Of a stretch of DNA of 64,000 bases, positions 40,801-54,030 are shown in pieces (positions within the stretch are counted from its first letter, which is position 1; each line of letters opens with the position of its first letter). The translations under genes were made by a program, and so were the position numbers. The stretch is from Rhynchobatus australiae (Eukaryota): the NCBI GenBank assembly GCA_034780895.1, contig JAUZTB010000063.1, positions 15,221,956 through 15,285,955 on the forward strand, in the 5' to 3' direction. Under the pieces are notes generated by a model. The model had not been told where the DNA came from. It made no database searches and saw only the letters and a program-made list of their open reading frames with translations.

Positions 40801-41379
40801 GCTGGAACACCATTAATAGCCCATTATAGAAGCATTACTTGGTGCATTGAACAGAACATTATTGCATTGCCTGTACTGATTTAGTCAGCTGTCAGTGAGC
40901 CAGCAATGGACAAGGACTGCTATTTCTATCAAGGGACAAGACTTTAGTCCACTTCATTCTCTTGGTGATTGTTTTTGAGGGCCATACAGAGACAGTGCAG
41001 AACGGAAGGTATTTGGTTCACAAGAGAAGTCCTCNNNNNNNNNNNNNNNNNNNNNNNNNNNNNNNNNNNNNNNNNNNNNNNNNNNNNNNNNNNNNNNNNN
41101 NNNNNNNNNNNNNNNNNNNNNNNNNNNNNNNNNNNNNNNNNNNNNNNNNNNNNNNNNNNNNNNNNNNNNNNNNNNNNNNNNNNNNNNNNNNNNNNNNNNN
41201 NNNNNNNNNNNNNNNNNNNNNNNNNNNNNNNNNNNNNNNNNNNNNNNNNNNNNNNNNNNNNNNNNNNNNNNNNNNNNNNNNNNNNNNNNNNNNNNNNNNN
41301 NNNNNNNNNNNNNNNNNNNNNNNNNNNNNNNNNNNTGCCTTTTGCAACTACAGAGTGTTCCAAATACCTTGATAGCTAA

Positions 41380-41680
41380 TTAAGTGTTTTATAAATGTTA
41401 GTCACTGTCATAATGTAAGAATAACAGCAACCATGTTGTGGGCAGCAGTTAGATAATTGGCTTAGGTCACTTGCTCTTCTTAAAAATAGTATTCATGGGA
41501 TTCTTTATGTCTACCTGAAAGTCAAGTTGAGCTTGTTTAATGTATCATCTGAAAATGGCTCTTCTGCTGGTGCAATAACCTCTCTGTATTGAACTGCAGT
41601 CGTCGAGCTAGACATTGTGTTCTAGTCTCTGAAATAGATAATTTAATTAACTTTCTTCCTCAGAGACTCGTACTACTGAA
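41380..41680 (-). mobile_element. Deu-domain SINE, internally deleted
   Basis: tagtcactgtcataatgtaag...catgggattctttatgtctacctga...gtttaatgtatcatctgaaa is the reverse of the 30900 copy motifs. Confidence 0.65.
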
Positions 41681-41869
41681 AAGTTGTAGTCCAAAAGCGC
41701 CCTTTCCAACCCTTCATATGTTTCCATGTTGCTGCTGATTATTTGTACAGTTTGGAAAAGTGTCTCTTATTTGGACTGGACAGGGAGGGGATTACTTACT
41801 AAACCTGCCCATAACCTGAAGCAAGAAGGATATTTATTTTAAATTTCTGCCTCTGGAAACAACAGGAAA

Positions 41870-42535
41870 ACAACCTGGAGATGCAAGCAACTGCAGATGC
41901 TGAAGTCAGTAGCAAAACATAATCTGCTGCCAGCAGGTTAGTTCAGTGGCTTATTTAGGAGGAAACTTCTGTAATCTTATACTGCTCTCAACATATTTGT
42001 GGAGAGCAGAGCTTGGGAGCACATTAATGGATCAGGTTGTGAATTTATATTCCCACCTACACAGGAAAAGTAGCTCTTCTCTTGAAACCAATCCCTGCTG
42101 TCCCCCTTTTTTCCCTTATCCCACCGGCCCCATCACCCCTTCTCCTTTTCCTCCCCACTCTCTCGATCTGCCCATCGCCCACATATTTCTCCCTCCAGTT
42201 CCCCTCCCCACCTTCCTTTATTCCATGGTNNNNNNNNNNNNNNNNNNNNNNNNNNNNNNNNNNNNNNNNNNNNNNNNNNNNNNNNNNNNNNNNNNNNNNN
42301 NNNNNNNNNNNNNNNNNNNNNNNNNNNNNNNNNNNNNNNNNNNNNNNNNNNNNNNNNNNNNNNNNNNNNNNNNNNNNNNNNNNNNNNNNNNNNNNNNNNN
42401 NNNNNNNNNNNNNNNNNNNNNNNNNNNNNNNNNNNNNNNNNNNNNNNNNNNNNNNNNNNNNNNNNNNNNNNNNNGGGCCCTCCCTGGATGCTGCTGGGCC
42501 CGCTGAGGTCCTCCAGCATTTTGTGCATTGCTCTT
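41870..42535. mobile_element. Penelope-like element with inverted pLTR ends, gap inside
   Basis: aactgcagatgctgaag...cagcagg at the left; pyrimidine-rich body; gatgctgctgggcccgctgaggtcctccagcattttgtg at the right. Confidence 0.6.
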
Positions 42536-43910
42536 GTCTTGAAGTGGAAGCACGTGTGTGCTCTTTTTCTGTTGTGCAATATGCATATCTTCATTGTGTT
42601 TGTAGCAAAACCAGTTGTCATCAGAACTTCTTATGAGTAATTGAAGATAGCAAAATGTTCTTTGAATTCAAAAGAAAATTCACAAAACAGAGACTCTCCC
42701 AGCAGATGATGAAAAGGGAAACTGTGCTGCCAAGATGTTGTTTACAGATTTGATCAGCATTCTCATCTAGAATGGTGATCGGGGTATTGGAGGTAGTGTC
42801 AGTACCCTTCAATGAAGAAAGGGGAAATTGGAGTCCGAGGTGCCTAAGTGGGTGGAGGAAATCACAGTCTGGCTTTATTCTGTCCATCAAGATGGTGGGC
42901 ACAATGGTTGGTGATCAAAATATACTTCCTAAATCATGCAAAATATGCTTTAGTAAGGACCTCTCCAATGGGGAAGGTCCAGTAGAGATTTAATTAACAG
43001 TAGGGATGAAGACTTGTATGGAAAGAGAAGCCAGCATTGTTCTCTTCATAAGAACAGGAAACATAAGGGGAGGTTTGGAGGCAATGTCAAAATCACGAAA
43101 GGCTTTGATAAAGATTTTAAAAAATAACTTTTTATTGACAGAAGCTTCATAACTTTAATGTAATGGACAAAAGAAGCAGCAATAACACAAGAGAAAAAAT
43201 ATATAGTTATGATCTGAAATACACCATGAGACAGGGTGATGGAAGCAGATTTGACACTAATTTTCAAGGGACAATGCAATAGGTNNNNNNNNNNNNNNNN
43301 NNNNNNNNNNNNNNNNNNNNNNNNNNNNNNNNNNNNNNNNNNNNNNNNNNNNNNNNNNNNNNNNNNNNNNNNNNNNNNNNNNNNNNNNNNNNNNNNNNNN
43401 NNNNNNNNNNNNNNNNNNNNNNNNNNNNNNNNNNNNNNNNNNNNNNNNNNNNNNNNNNNNNNNNNNNNNNNNNNNNNNNNNNNNNNNNNNNNNNNNNNNN
43501 NNNNNNNNNNNNNNGGATTTGCATACATTTATTCTGAAATCAAAATCAGTTGGATTTAAAGTAAAAGCAGTCCAATCTGCAAAATGATTTAGAATATCCA
43601 TAATTTTCTTCCTCATTGACCTTGACTTCAAAATAAAACACACAATATTTCTGATTTTCCAGAAACATGTAAGTTAGAAAATAATTTTTGATGAGAAATA
43701 TTTTCATCAGAAATCCATTTTCTTTGTCTTAATAGCAGGTTTGCTTCTTAGTTTTTTCTATGGTGTTTCATTCACTGAGTATTCCTCACCAACACTTTTT
43801 TGCTGTGCATAACCCTTGCTGGAATGCTCTAAGGTTATGGCAAGGTGTTAATTAAGATGTCAGAGTGAAAATTTAAATTTAATTATCCTTTGCTCTGTTC
43901 TTCCTTGCAG

Positions 43911-44034
43911 GTACTCAGCTGGAGAAATTAATGGAGAGCATGAGGAGCGAGATAGCGGCTCATCCACCTATAGAGGGCTCCTATTCACCCCGCCGAGGAG
44001 ACTACTGCATTGCCAAGTTTATCGATGGAGAATG
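43911..44034 (+). CDS. SND1: SND1 internal coding exon, 124 nt (helix plus start of Tudor domain; human exon ~19)
   Basis: Acceptor tgctctgttcttccttgcag|GT and donor TG|gtaaag. Translates (G)[40 protein letters not shown](W). Phase 1 start matches the previous exon. Confidence 0.97.
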
Positions 44035-47000
44035 GTAAAGTGCAATTCGCATTAAAATCACATCTTTGTACAAAAAGAGCAAAGTGGTCAGTTTCCTCTG
44101 ACAGGCTGTAGTATTCAAAAACAAATTATATTCGATTCAAGAGCAACACCTTACCAGCAACTGTGAAAAATGTTATTTAATTCAAGTTTGTTCTGCCCTC
44201 TCTTCTGATTTAGAACTGTCCCTACAATGCAGTCTGCAAGTCTGGAGAGTGTCAACCAACTGCAGTATCTTCCTGTATTTGACTTTGTGATGCACAGCCA
44301 GCCTTCCTGTAAATGCATCCATTCCACAGGGACCTGCATACGTACAGATTGATTGACACTTTGGCCAGCATGTACATTAACTGTGGTAATATGATGATTC
44401 TGATTCAGAAGGACTACCAACAACTTGCACTCATATGAAGCCCTGAACATAGTAAAAGACCCAGGGCATTTCACAGGATATCCTGTCAAATAATATTCGA
44501 CAGCAAACCAGATCAGGAAATGTTTAGAAGCTGACGTAACTTTCAAGGAACAGGTTAAAGCAGAGAGATTGAGGAGGGAATTGCAGAAATTAAGGTCTTG
44601 AAAGGAAGAGATACATTTAAGTTGTGCCTTTCACAACCTTGAGACACTCCAAGCCATGTTATAGCCAATACTATACTGAAGAGTTCCAGTTTTTAGTGGT
44701 TTTCTAACTTTAAACATTTGTGAGCCTGTTCCCTGTGTTATGAGAGAGAATTGTCTAAGACTAATTTAAAGTTGTTTTGCTAGGTAAAAACCTGCTTAAT
44801 ATCTATATCCATGGATATCAGGTGGACACTGCCAAATGTTTAGCATCTTATCATATCTCCTAAGCATCTTTCTAACATTTCAAATGTTTCACTTTGAATA
44901 TGCAGTTTAGCTTGGTTAAAGAAGCCAAAAATACTCAATGTTTGCACACAGCAAGATTTCACAAATTATAATAACCCAAGAGAAAGGACAGGAGTTTTAT
45001 TTAGAATTTTTCACAATCTGAATACATTCCAGCTATGAGACAAAAGGCGGTTAATAAAACTATGGATATCTGCATCACTGAAAGGAGACTAATGGCTGAT
45101 GGGAGCAAAAAAGCAAAAATTGATTAGCTTGACATCCACTCAGATTGTTCAGTTTTCAGAACTGGGTTATTAGGAATGCTTTTACCATTTAAAATGCCCA
45201 TTCGAAGCACTAAGATTAGTGTATTATTTCTCTGAATATTTTTCAATGAAGTGCATGCATCTTATTGAATAGAGTTTAATTGAAGTAGTTGTACATTTNN
45301 NNNNNNNNNNNNNNNNNNNNNNNNNNNNNNNNNNNNNNNNAGAATGGTGATTTGAAGAAAGACTATGGTCCATTCAGCTCGCACTCTGAGATCTGGTAGT
45401 AATGTGATACAATAATACCAGTTGTTAGATAACCATGGCAATCACCTCTATCATTCACTCTGCAACAGTCCTTGATATGAAGTGAGGAAAACCCCCCGAG
45501 AGAGAAAAGATTGGGAAGGCAGATCTAAATCCCTTGATTCTCCTAAATTTATTTTAGAGCCATTGTTTCAAGATGTTTTCTATGCTGTAGTTTTTCTATG
45601 GTTTCTATGGCCTGGCTGATTGTGTTTAAATTCCTTCTACTAATCTATGATCTTAAATTTTGTGATGTCACTGAGACAGAAGATTCATCGTTATGGTAGC
45701 AGAAAAGCAGAAAATCTCGGCGGTAGGGATCATTTTCACTTTAGCAGTGCCAGTAGGGAATTTTATTTGCTCTCAAGTAATCAACATTGTGTTGCCAATT
45801 TCTGTCCATTCATTTTAACAGACACCACAATTTCCTGGATTACTCTGCTGTCTACTGGCAGCACAAAATCGCACAATGAGTCTTAATATATTTGCTCCCA
45901 GGATTGACATTATAGCGAAGAGATGTGGTAACCCATGTTCCCTCTTTATTTTTCTGGAGATTATTGGTAATATCCCCAAAATATTATTTCCCTCTGTTCT
46001 GGCAACANNNNNNNNNNNNNNNNNNNNNNNNNNNNNNNNNNNNNNNNNNNNNNNNNNNNNNNNNNNNNNNNNNNNNNNNNNNNNNNNNNNNNNNNNNNNN
46101 NNNNNNNNNNNNNNNNNNNNNNNNNNNNNNNNNNNNNNNNNNNNNNNNNNNNNNNNNNNNNNNNNNNNNNNNNNNNNNNNNNNNNNNNNNNNNNNNNNNN
46201 NNNNNNNNNNNNNNNNNNNNNNNNNNNNNNNNNNNNNNNNNNNNNNNNNNNNNNNNNNNNNNNNNNNNNNNNNNNNNNNNNNNNNNNNNNNNACCAATAG
46301 GCTTTAACTCTTGATTCTCAACCCAAAACACTATCTATTGAAAACAGAATGGGGTTAGATTTTGGCAAAAATGCCGACAATTACTGTCCAGTCTTCAAAC
46401 ACAGGCATGTTCCCAGAAATCATCTTTGGAGTCACAGCCACAATGGACTTCTTCAACGACTCCTTCAAGAAGAGAAGAAAGGAAAAGAAATTTAATTTTT
46501 GTACAGAAAATACTATAATGATATGAGCAAAGAGCCTATGATAAGATTTTAGCTGAGACTGCCTTAAAAGCACTGCTCTATTGGCATAATTGGACTGACT
46601 GTCAAAAGGACAATACCATCTGTCTCTCATCTCTAGCCTGAACTTCTGACTATCTTGGCCTCTTCCTGATTCTCCCATGTGGCTCTGTATAGGCTAAACA
46701 CTTGGAGCACACAGGCTTCTTCCTCTATTAAGGATGTGCATGTTGATTTGCAGCAGTGTACAATCCAAAAAGTATGTTGGTGGAAAAGGTGAGGAGGGAG
46801 TGGAGCAAAATGTGTCCATTGCATTAATAGGATATTAGAAATCATACTTTTATTGATGAAACTTAACAGGACATAGCACACTTTACCGTTTGCCCATTTG
46901 TTGTCATTAAGCAACCACACAGGTCTCCATGCTTGAACTCTTCTATGTTACATCAGCCTTTACTTTTTTTCATTCCCAACATGCCCTTCCTCAGTGCTCT

Positions 47001-47414
47001 TCTGAAGGTGCTAACTCTTAACAGGATACGATTAAGTTGGAATAGTAGCCCTCTTGTTCATTTCCCTATGAATCAATCATCATGTGTTCACTTGAATAAC
47101 TGAGCATTGATAGCTGAGTTCTTCTCACCTCAATTCTGCTTCCCCAAGGAAGTCATCAGAAGGCGATTCGGATGGGAAACTTCATTAGTTTTTTCCTCCT
47201 TCACTTAGTGAACATTGAATTCTTCACAAAATATACAATCACTTCGTAATGGAGATTACTTAACTCCATGTAGCTCGGGGATGAAACCTGACAACCAGAT
47301 TTTAGCTTTGTTCAATTAGTCCTATTCGTGCCTGTTTAGGTTGTGGTTTTTGTGTTTGGCATCTGGATTTCAGCATGTAATCCTGGCCAACACATGAGTT
47401 CAATACTAAATGGA

Positions 47415-47940
47415 GCAAAAAAAAACTGCAGATGCCGGAGCTCTGAAGCAGAGAATACTGGAAGCGTTCAGCGAGTCAGGCAGCAGCACAGCTGAGAGAA
47501 GCTCCTGCATCGGAACCGGAAAATTGAGTAAATCAGCATGTTGAGTTGCACAGAGGGAATAGGGTAGAGAGAACAAAAGGAACGTTAATATAAGGTACAG
47601 ATTAAACTTGTCAAGGTAACAATTATTATAAAAAAGCATCCGTTGCAGATTGGAAAGGAAATAAAGCAAATTGAAACAGAAAAGTACAACCACATCTGTG
47701 GAACTAGAGCAAAAAAATAGAATGTTTACTAAATTGCTAAGCTCAATACTGAGTCCTTGGGGCATCAATATATCCAGACAGAGGTGAGGTGCTGCTCCTC
47801 AAACTTACACTAAGCAATCTTATCGCAGTGTAAGAAGACAAAGATGTTGGAGAGTCTGCCGCACTTCCACTCTAACTTCTCTTTCCTATCCCCTCAGATG
47901 CTGTTTGGTTTACTGAATGCTTCCAGAATATTTTATTTTA
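47415..47940. mobile_element. Penelope-like element with inverted pLTR ends
   Basis: actgcagatgccggag...atactggaagcgttcagcgagtcaggcagca is inverted against agatgctgtttggtttactgaatgcttccagaatatt. Confidence 0.65.
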
Positions 47941-48634
47941 ATTCAGTACTGGCTAACNNNNNNNNNNNNNNNNNNNNNNNNNNNNNNNNNNNNNNNNNNN
48001 NNNNNNNNNNNNNNNNNNNNNNNNNNNNNNNNNNNNNNNNNNNNNNNNNNNNNNNNNATATTTTATTTTAATTCAGTACTGGCTAACCCTGCATTACATT
48101 GAGGTGACTGAGATTTGCCCTTACAGAATTCACAAATCACAACCCAAAATTTTGAGATACAGGATCAAATTCTCTCTCACAAAATTTATGTGAACTAAGG
48201 GAAATAAATACAGAATTTATTGTTTTCAATTCACGTCTCTTGACATATGTGCAGATGATGTGGCTTCACATTTTCTAGGAGCGCAAACTAAACCCTGCCT
48301 GTAAAGCAGGATCACCTGTAATTAAGTTGTGCATTTTGGAGGTAGGGGTAGATAGGGTAGGTGAGGTCGGGGTAGGCGGATATTTAACAATGCCTTTCTG
48401 GTTATTTTTGATCGACTTTACAGATTTCAAGGTACTTTTAAGAAAACAGGAATTCTTCTATTATCCAGACTCCAAACTTTCATTCCTTCCCTAGCCAACA
48501 ACAAATATTGTTTAAATGTGCTAACCCAAATGAAGCAGTTTTGCATTTAAATGAAAATGTGTTCAATTATCATTTCTAACCACCTCCAGAAGATGCATGT
48601 TTAAAATTAATAGCTGCAAACATAAAAAATGATC

Positions 48635-49000
48635 TTGACTTAACAGTTAGCACCCTTGCCTCTCAGTACGTTGTGGATTCATGTGCCACCGAAGACTGGT
48701 GATCTGGACCAGCACCACAGAAAAATACTGTGGAAGTATCGCACTGACATCCTTGGATGGGAATTTTAATGCACCCATGTGCTTTTATAGTGAATGTAAA
48801 AGAACCAATACCATCACTTGAAGAAGACTTGAGAGATTTCCATCCTTATCCTTGTCAATAATAATCTGTCACTAATTATTATCAAAAAAGATTATTTGAA
48901 CAATTTATCTCATTGTTCTCTTTGGGACCTGTCTGATATATGCCCATGACTGCTGTGGGTTTCCCTAAATCATATTAGTAGCTTCACTGCAAAAGCATCA
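48635..49000 (+). mobile_element. Near full-length degenerate tRNA-head Deu-domain SINE
   Basis: Head gttagcacccttgcctctcag...gtggattcatgtgccac followed by Deu-like aatgtaaaagaacc...gaagaaga...ctcattgttctctttggga. Confidence 0.6.
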
Positions 49001-49074
49001 TTGTGTGTGTCTGAACATTATTTGTGTAGAATAAAGCATGTACAGTTTCCAACTTTTAAATAACATTTTAGAAA

Positions 49075-49535
49075 AGGTTTACTAGACTGATACCTAGACT
49101 GGGTGGATTGTCTAATGAGGAATGGTTGAACAAGCTAGGTTGATATTTGCTAGAGTTCAGAAGAGTGAGAAGTGACTTAATTGAGATGTGTAACTCTTAG
49201 GGGTCTTGACAGGATAAATATGGAAAGAATGCTTTCCCTTGTGGGAGAGTCTAGAACTAGGGGCCACGATTTAAAAATAAGGGGACACTCATTTAAAACA
49301 AAAATGAGATGATTTTTTTGAGGATCATGAGTTTTTGGAACTCTCTCGAGGTGATGTCAGCAGTGTCTTTGAATATTTTTAGTGCGGTAGTAGATATTTG
49401 GTATAAGCAAGAGGTGAGTAGTTAATGCAGATAAAAATGTAGATTTGATGTTACAAACAGATCAGCCATGGTCTTATTAAATGGCAGAATAGGCTTGAGG
49501 GGCTGAATGGCCTGCTCCTAATTTGTAGCTTCGTA
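49075..49535 (+). mobile_element. CR1 LINE 3' end
   Basis: tttactagactgatacc...agagttcagaagagtgagaagtgacttaattgag...tctagaactaggggccac...gaggggctgaatggcctgctcctaatttgt. Confidence 0.88.
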
Positions 49536-50194
49536 AGTAATCTGCTCCTGTCCTTGCTGTACTGCGGCGTACTGGTTAGTTAGCATTAGTCTCAATTAAT
49601 TGGAGAACTTTCCCAATTGGAATGAATGTTGTTTTAACTTACTGGCTCCCAACCTAGATCTGTGATGAGCTAGGAGATAGGTCTTGTCATGTCTTCCTTT
49701 TACAGTAGCAGTTGGTGTTTACTAGTATTTTCCACTTGACACAGTGGCCAAGAGTGGTCATTTGCACTGCAGGGATCTGCATGCATGACCAGCTTTCAGA
49801 TACTTCCTGGCTTGGCATCAATTTTCCTTACAAAGATCCACATAGTGTCTTGAAACTTTTTTTAGTTGAAAGCATATTGTAATAAAAATATAAGCTGTTG
49901 ATTTTGCAGATTTCCTCTTCCTAATCCTGAAGGTGCTGTCATGCTATTTCATCCTGTGGTCTTTGCTGACTTCAGTATCGTCCCACTACATGTATTCGGA
50001 CCTCACTCAGAGCTTTCACCTCTTAGCCTACTCCAGTTTTGAGCTGACAGTAGCAAATGTACATTAGATAGTAATCACAGGAAACCAATTGTGAGTAGGA
50101 ATGTTTCTGAATTTTCTCTCTGTCCTCAGTGTGCCCTTCAGAAGCTAAAGTTTGCCCCCATCTTCCAATCCCACTCACATATCCACTATGTCAT

Positions 50195-52560
50195 GTAGAA
50201 CATGGAGAAGGCAGCCATTCACCCTACTGTGTCAGTGCCTTTTGGGAAAAGAGTTACCTAACCTCGTCCCTCCTTTTAGCACTAAGTTTGTAGACTTGCA
50301 GGACGTGGCTATTTAAGTACAGGTACATCCAAGTGCTTTTTGAAAGTAGTGAGGGTTTCTGCCAACATCACTCTTTCAGGCAATGAGTTCCAAACCTTAA
50401 TTATCCTCTGGGTAAAAAAAAATCCTCATCGCACCTCTGATCCATGAAGATCCTTTCTTCAAATTTACTCATAATTTCATATCCCTCAGCTGTCTCCCCC
50501 TTAGCTCTTGTCTTTGCCCAAAGAAAGCAACTGTTGCTTATCTAGTATTTCCCCATAGCTACAATCTTCCAGTCCTGGCAACATTTTTGTAAATCTCCAG
50601 TACAATCAGACATTTCCTAGAATGTGGTGACTAGAAGTGTACATAGTATTCAAGTTTTGATTTTAGTTCTAGCATAACATCATGCTGTTTTGTTCTATGC
50701 CACAGCTAATAAACAAAAGCATTCCATATGCCCTTTTCTCATTTTATTGACCTTTCCTGCTCTCTTAATGGATCGATTGACATACACTCCATGCTCCCCC
50801 TATTTCTCAAAACCACTCAATATCCTCTTTATTGTATATTCCCAACCTATGATTACCTCATGCTTCTGTAGAATAAATTACACTTGCCATTTTTCTGCCC
50901 AACTGATCAGACCATCTGTACCTTCTTGAATTCTATAGCTTTCCTCCTCAGCATCAATTACACACCCATTTTTATTCCATCTGCAGACTACTTCATTTTG
51001 CCCCCTTGCTTTTAGATCTAAATCATTAACGTGTATTACAAAATCCAAGGAACCAAGAATTGAGTCCAGCTTTTTAGTCACAAAAACATCCATCAACCGT
51101 TATCCTTTCCTTCATACCACTAAGCCAACTTTGGATCCAATTTGACATTCTCCCTTATATCCATGTCCTTAAGCTTTCTCAACCCACCTACCACCTGGAG
51201 CCTTGTCAAAAGCCTGGCTAAATTCTGTGTAAACTATATCAAATACACTGTCCTCACCAACCTTTCTTGTTACTCTATCTAGTCAGATCTAGTCAGACAC
51301 AACCTTTCTTAACAAATCACTGACCCTGATTGATCTGTGCCTTTCTAAATGATGATTGATATAGTCCCTTAGGATGTATTCCAATAATTTGCTTACCACA
51401 GGAATTAAACTANNNNNNNNNNNNNNNNNNNNNNNNNNNNNNNNNNNNNNNNNNNNNNNNNNNNNNNNNNNNNNNNNNNNNNNNNNNNNNNNNNNNNNNN
51501 NNNNNNNNNNNNNNNNNNNNNNNNNNNNNNNNNNNNNNNNNNNNNNNNNNNNNNNNNNNNNNNNNNNNNNNNNNNNNNNNNNNNNNNNNNNNNNNNNNNN
51601 NNNNNNNNNNNNNNNNNNNNNNNNNNNNNNNNNNNNNNNNNNNNNNNNNNNNNNNNNNNNNNNNNNNNNNNNNNNNNNNNNNNNNNNNNNNNNNNNNNNN
51701 NNNNNNNNNNNNNNNNNNNNNNNNNNNNNNNNNNNNNNNNNNNNNNNNNNNNNNNNNNNNNNNNNNNNNNNNNNNNNNNNNNNNNNNNNNNNNNNNNNNN
51801 NNNNNNNNNNNNNNNNNNNNNNNNNNNNNNNNNNNNNNNNNNNNNNNNNNNNNNNNNNNNNNNNNNNNNNNNNNNNNNNNNNNNNNNNNNNNNNNNNNNN
51901 NNNNNNNNNNNNNNNNNNNNNNNNNNNNNNNNNNNNNNNNNNNNNNNNNNNNNNNNNNNNNNNNNNNAATATTTTAAAATAACCCATTTATTCTGACTGT
52001 TTTCTGTGAGTTAGCCAATTCTCTAACCCACTTACATGCTACTCTAAATGCCATGTTCCTATCTTGCCATTCGCCTTTTATGTGATATCTAGTTGAAAGT
52101 CTTTTGGAAATCAAAATACACTTGTTCCCCTTTACTTACTCTGCTACTTCCATCCTCCCAAACACTACGATAAATTTGTCAAACATGACTTTCATTTCAT
52201 AAAACCATTTTGTTTCATAAAATAATGCTGAATAAGGTAAAATATGTTTTTCTAAATGTCCTGCTACTACTTCCTTAATGATAAATTCTAGTTGTTCTCA
52301 ATGACAGATCTTAAGTAAACTGTCCTATAATAATCTGTTTTCTATCTCCTTCCTTTATTGAATAATGTCATTACACGTGCGCTTTTCCAATCCGCTTAGA
52401 CCTTCCCAGAATCTGGCTATTTTTGGAAGATCACAACCAATGCATCCACTATCCTTGCAGCCATTTAAGACCCTAGGGCCAAATCAATCAAGTCCAGTCC
52501 ATTAGTTCCATTTGTTTGGCTAATGCTTTTATTCCACGGCTAATTGTCTTAAATTCACTC
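50195..52560 (-). mobile_element. Long decayed CR1 LINE (possibly two pieces) spanning a gap
   Basis: Minus-strand peptides GLISWAEKWQV and SLIPVVSKLLEYILRDYINHHLE, plus a reverse tail at ~50200. Confidence 0.82.
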
Positions 52561-53764
52561 CTCCTTTTGCGCAATGATTTTCAACCATGAAGTAGTAGCT
52601 CTTTCAGAGAATGAACATTGGCTTGATGAACTAAACGCTTATCTCATTTGCTGAATAATTCTGTAATGTAATCCAAAGTTTATTCCACAACTTGACTTTC
52701 TCTATGTGACGAACAATGTGCTGATATAAATGTGTTTTGACAAGCAAATATCCCAAGTGTGATATTTTTCTGGTTTTAGCTTCCACCACAAGTGGAAATG
52801 CATCATTTTGGTTAAGCAGATGGGTTGACTAGTGGAAGCATTTCACATGACAGAGCATATAGTAATGCAGTTTAACTTCTCAGCATACAAGGGAAAAGTG
52901 CACAGATAGAAAGAGGGATTAAATGGGATCTCAGCCATTAATGCCTACACTGATATGATGAAGTACACAAGTGCATCTAGAGGGGAGTTGGCTACAAAAC
53001 AAAACAATTTTTTAACCTATTCATTTGGAAACTGTAAGGGTTGAGGAAGAAGACACTGGTGAGGCCAACGTTTACTGTCCATCCTTAAGTACTCTTGAGA
53101 AGATTGTGGTGAATCATTGGTTTGAAACAATATGATGAAGACGCTCCCAAAAAGTTATTGGATTGGAATCCAATGAATTAAACACAGTGGTAATGAAACT
53201 AATGATGATATATTACCAAGTCATATTAATGTGCAGTTGGAAAGGGACCCTGCAGAAGATGACGTTCCTATGCACATGTTGTCTTTGTCCTATCGGTTTT
53301 GGAGATGCTGTTGAAGAAATATTTTCTAATTGTTGCAGTGCATTTTGATATGAAGCACACTGCAACAAATGGTGCACTGTATGTGGAGTAAGTTTTTTAG
53401 GGTGGAAGATTAGTTGCCAATTACGGGATCTAATTTCCTCTTGAGGGTATTAGCTTTTCTGTCTCTCATCTGGATATCCATTACACTTGTGACTTGCACC
53501 TTGTAGATAGTGGAAAGGATATGCAGAGTCAGGAGGTGTAAGCCCAGGATACATGGGATTCTGATGTGCTGTTGGGGCCACAGTAGCTAAGTGCTGGTCC
53601 TTATAAGTTTCTGTTCAGCAGAGACCTCCATCATCCCGCACCCCAGCCCAGAGTTGTCACTGGGGGATTTAGCAATGGTGAGATCATTAAACTCTCTGTT
53701 GATGGCAGTTTCATTTGCTGCCATTAGCATAACACTTCTATTGGCACGCCTCATTTTAAAATAC

Positions 53765-54030
53765 CGAAGAACTAAGAGCAGGAGAGTCACATGGCCCCTC
53801 AAGCTTCAGTCACCATTTAATAAGGTCATGGTTGATCTGGTCTTGGGCTTGGCTCCACTCTACTGCCTGTTCTCCATAACCCCAGAGTCTCCCATAGACC
53901 ANNNNAGACCACAAATCTATCAGGCCTTGAGTACATTCAACGATTTAGCCTTTGGGGTAGTGAATTTCAGAGTTTTGCAACTTGCAAAGAGAAGAAATTC
54001 CTCCTTCATCTTCAGTAGCTGACCCCTTAT
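53765..54030 (-). mobile_element. CR1 3' fragment
   Basis: taagagcaggagagtcacatggcccctcaagc...caccatttaataaggtcatggttgatct. Confidence 0.7.

Larger units (their letters stand above)
15573..43910 (+). other. SND1: SND1 intron (28,338 nt including N gaps), GT-AG
   Basis: Lies between two phase-compatible SND1 exons whose peptides are contiguous in SND1. Confidence 0.9.

Noticed and set aside
47928-48087. 30-bp exact direct repeat atattttattttaattcagtactggctaac
   Set aside because: It flanks a 100-N gap and is an assembly overlap artefact.
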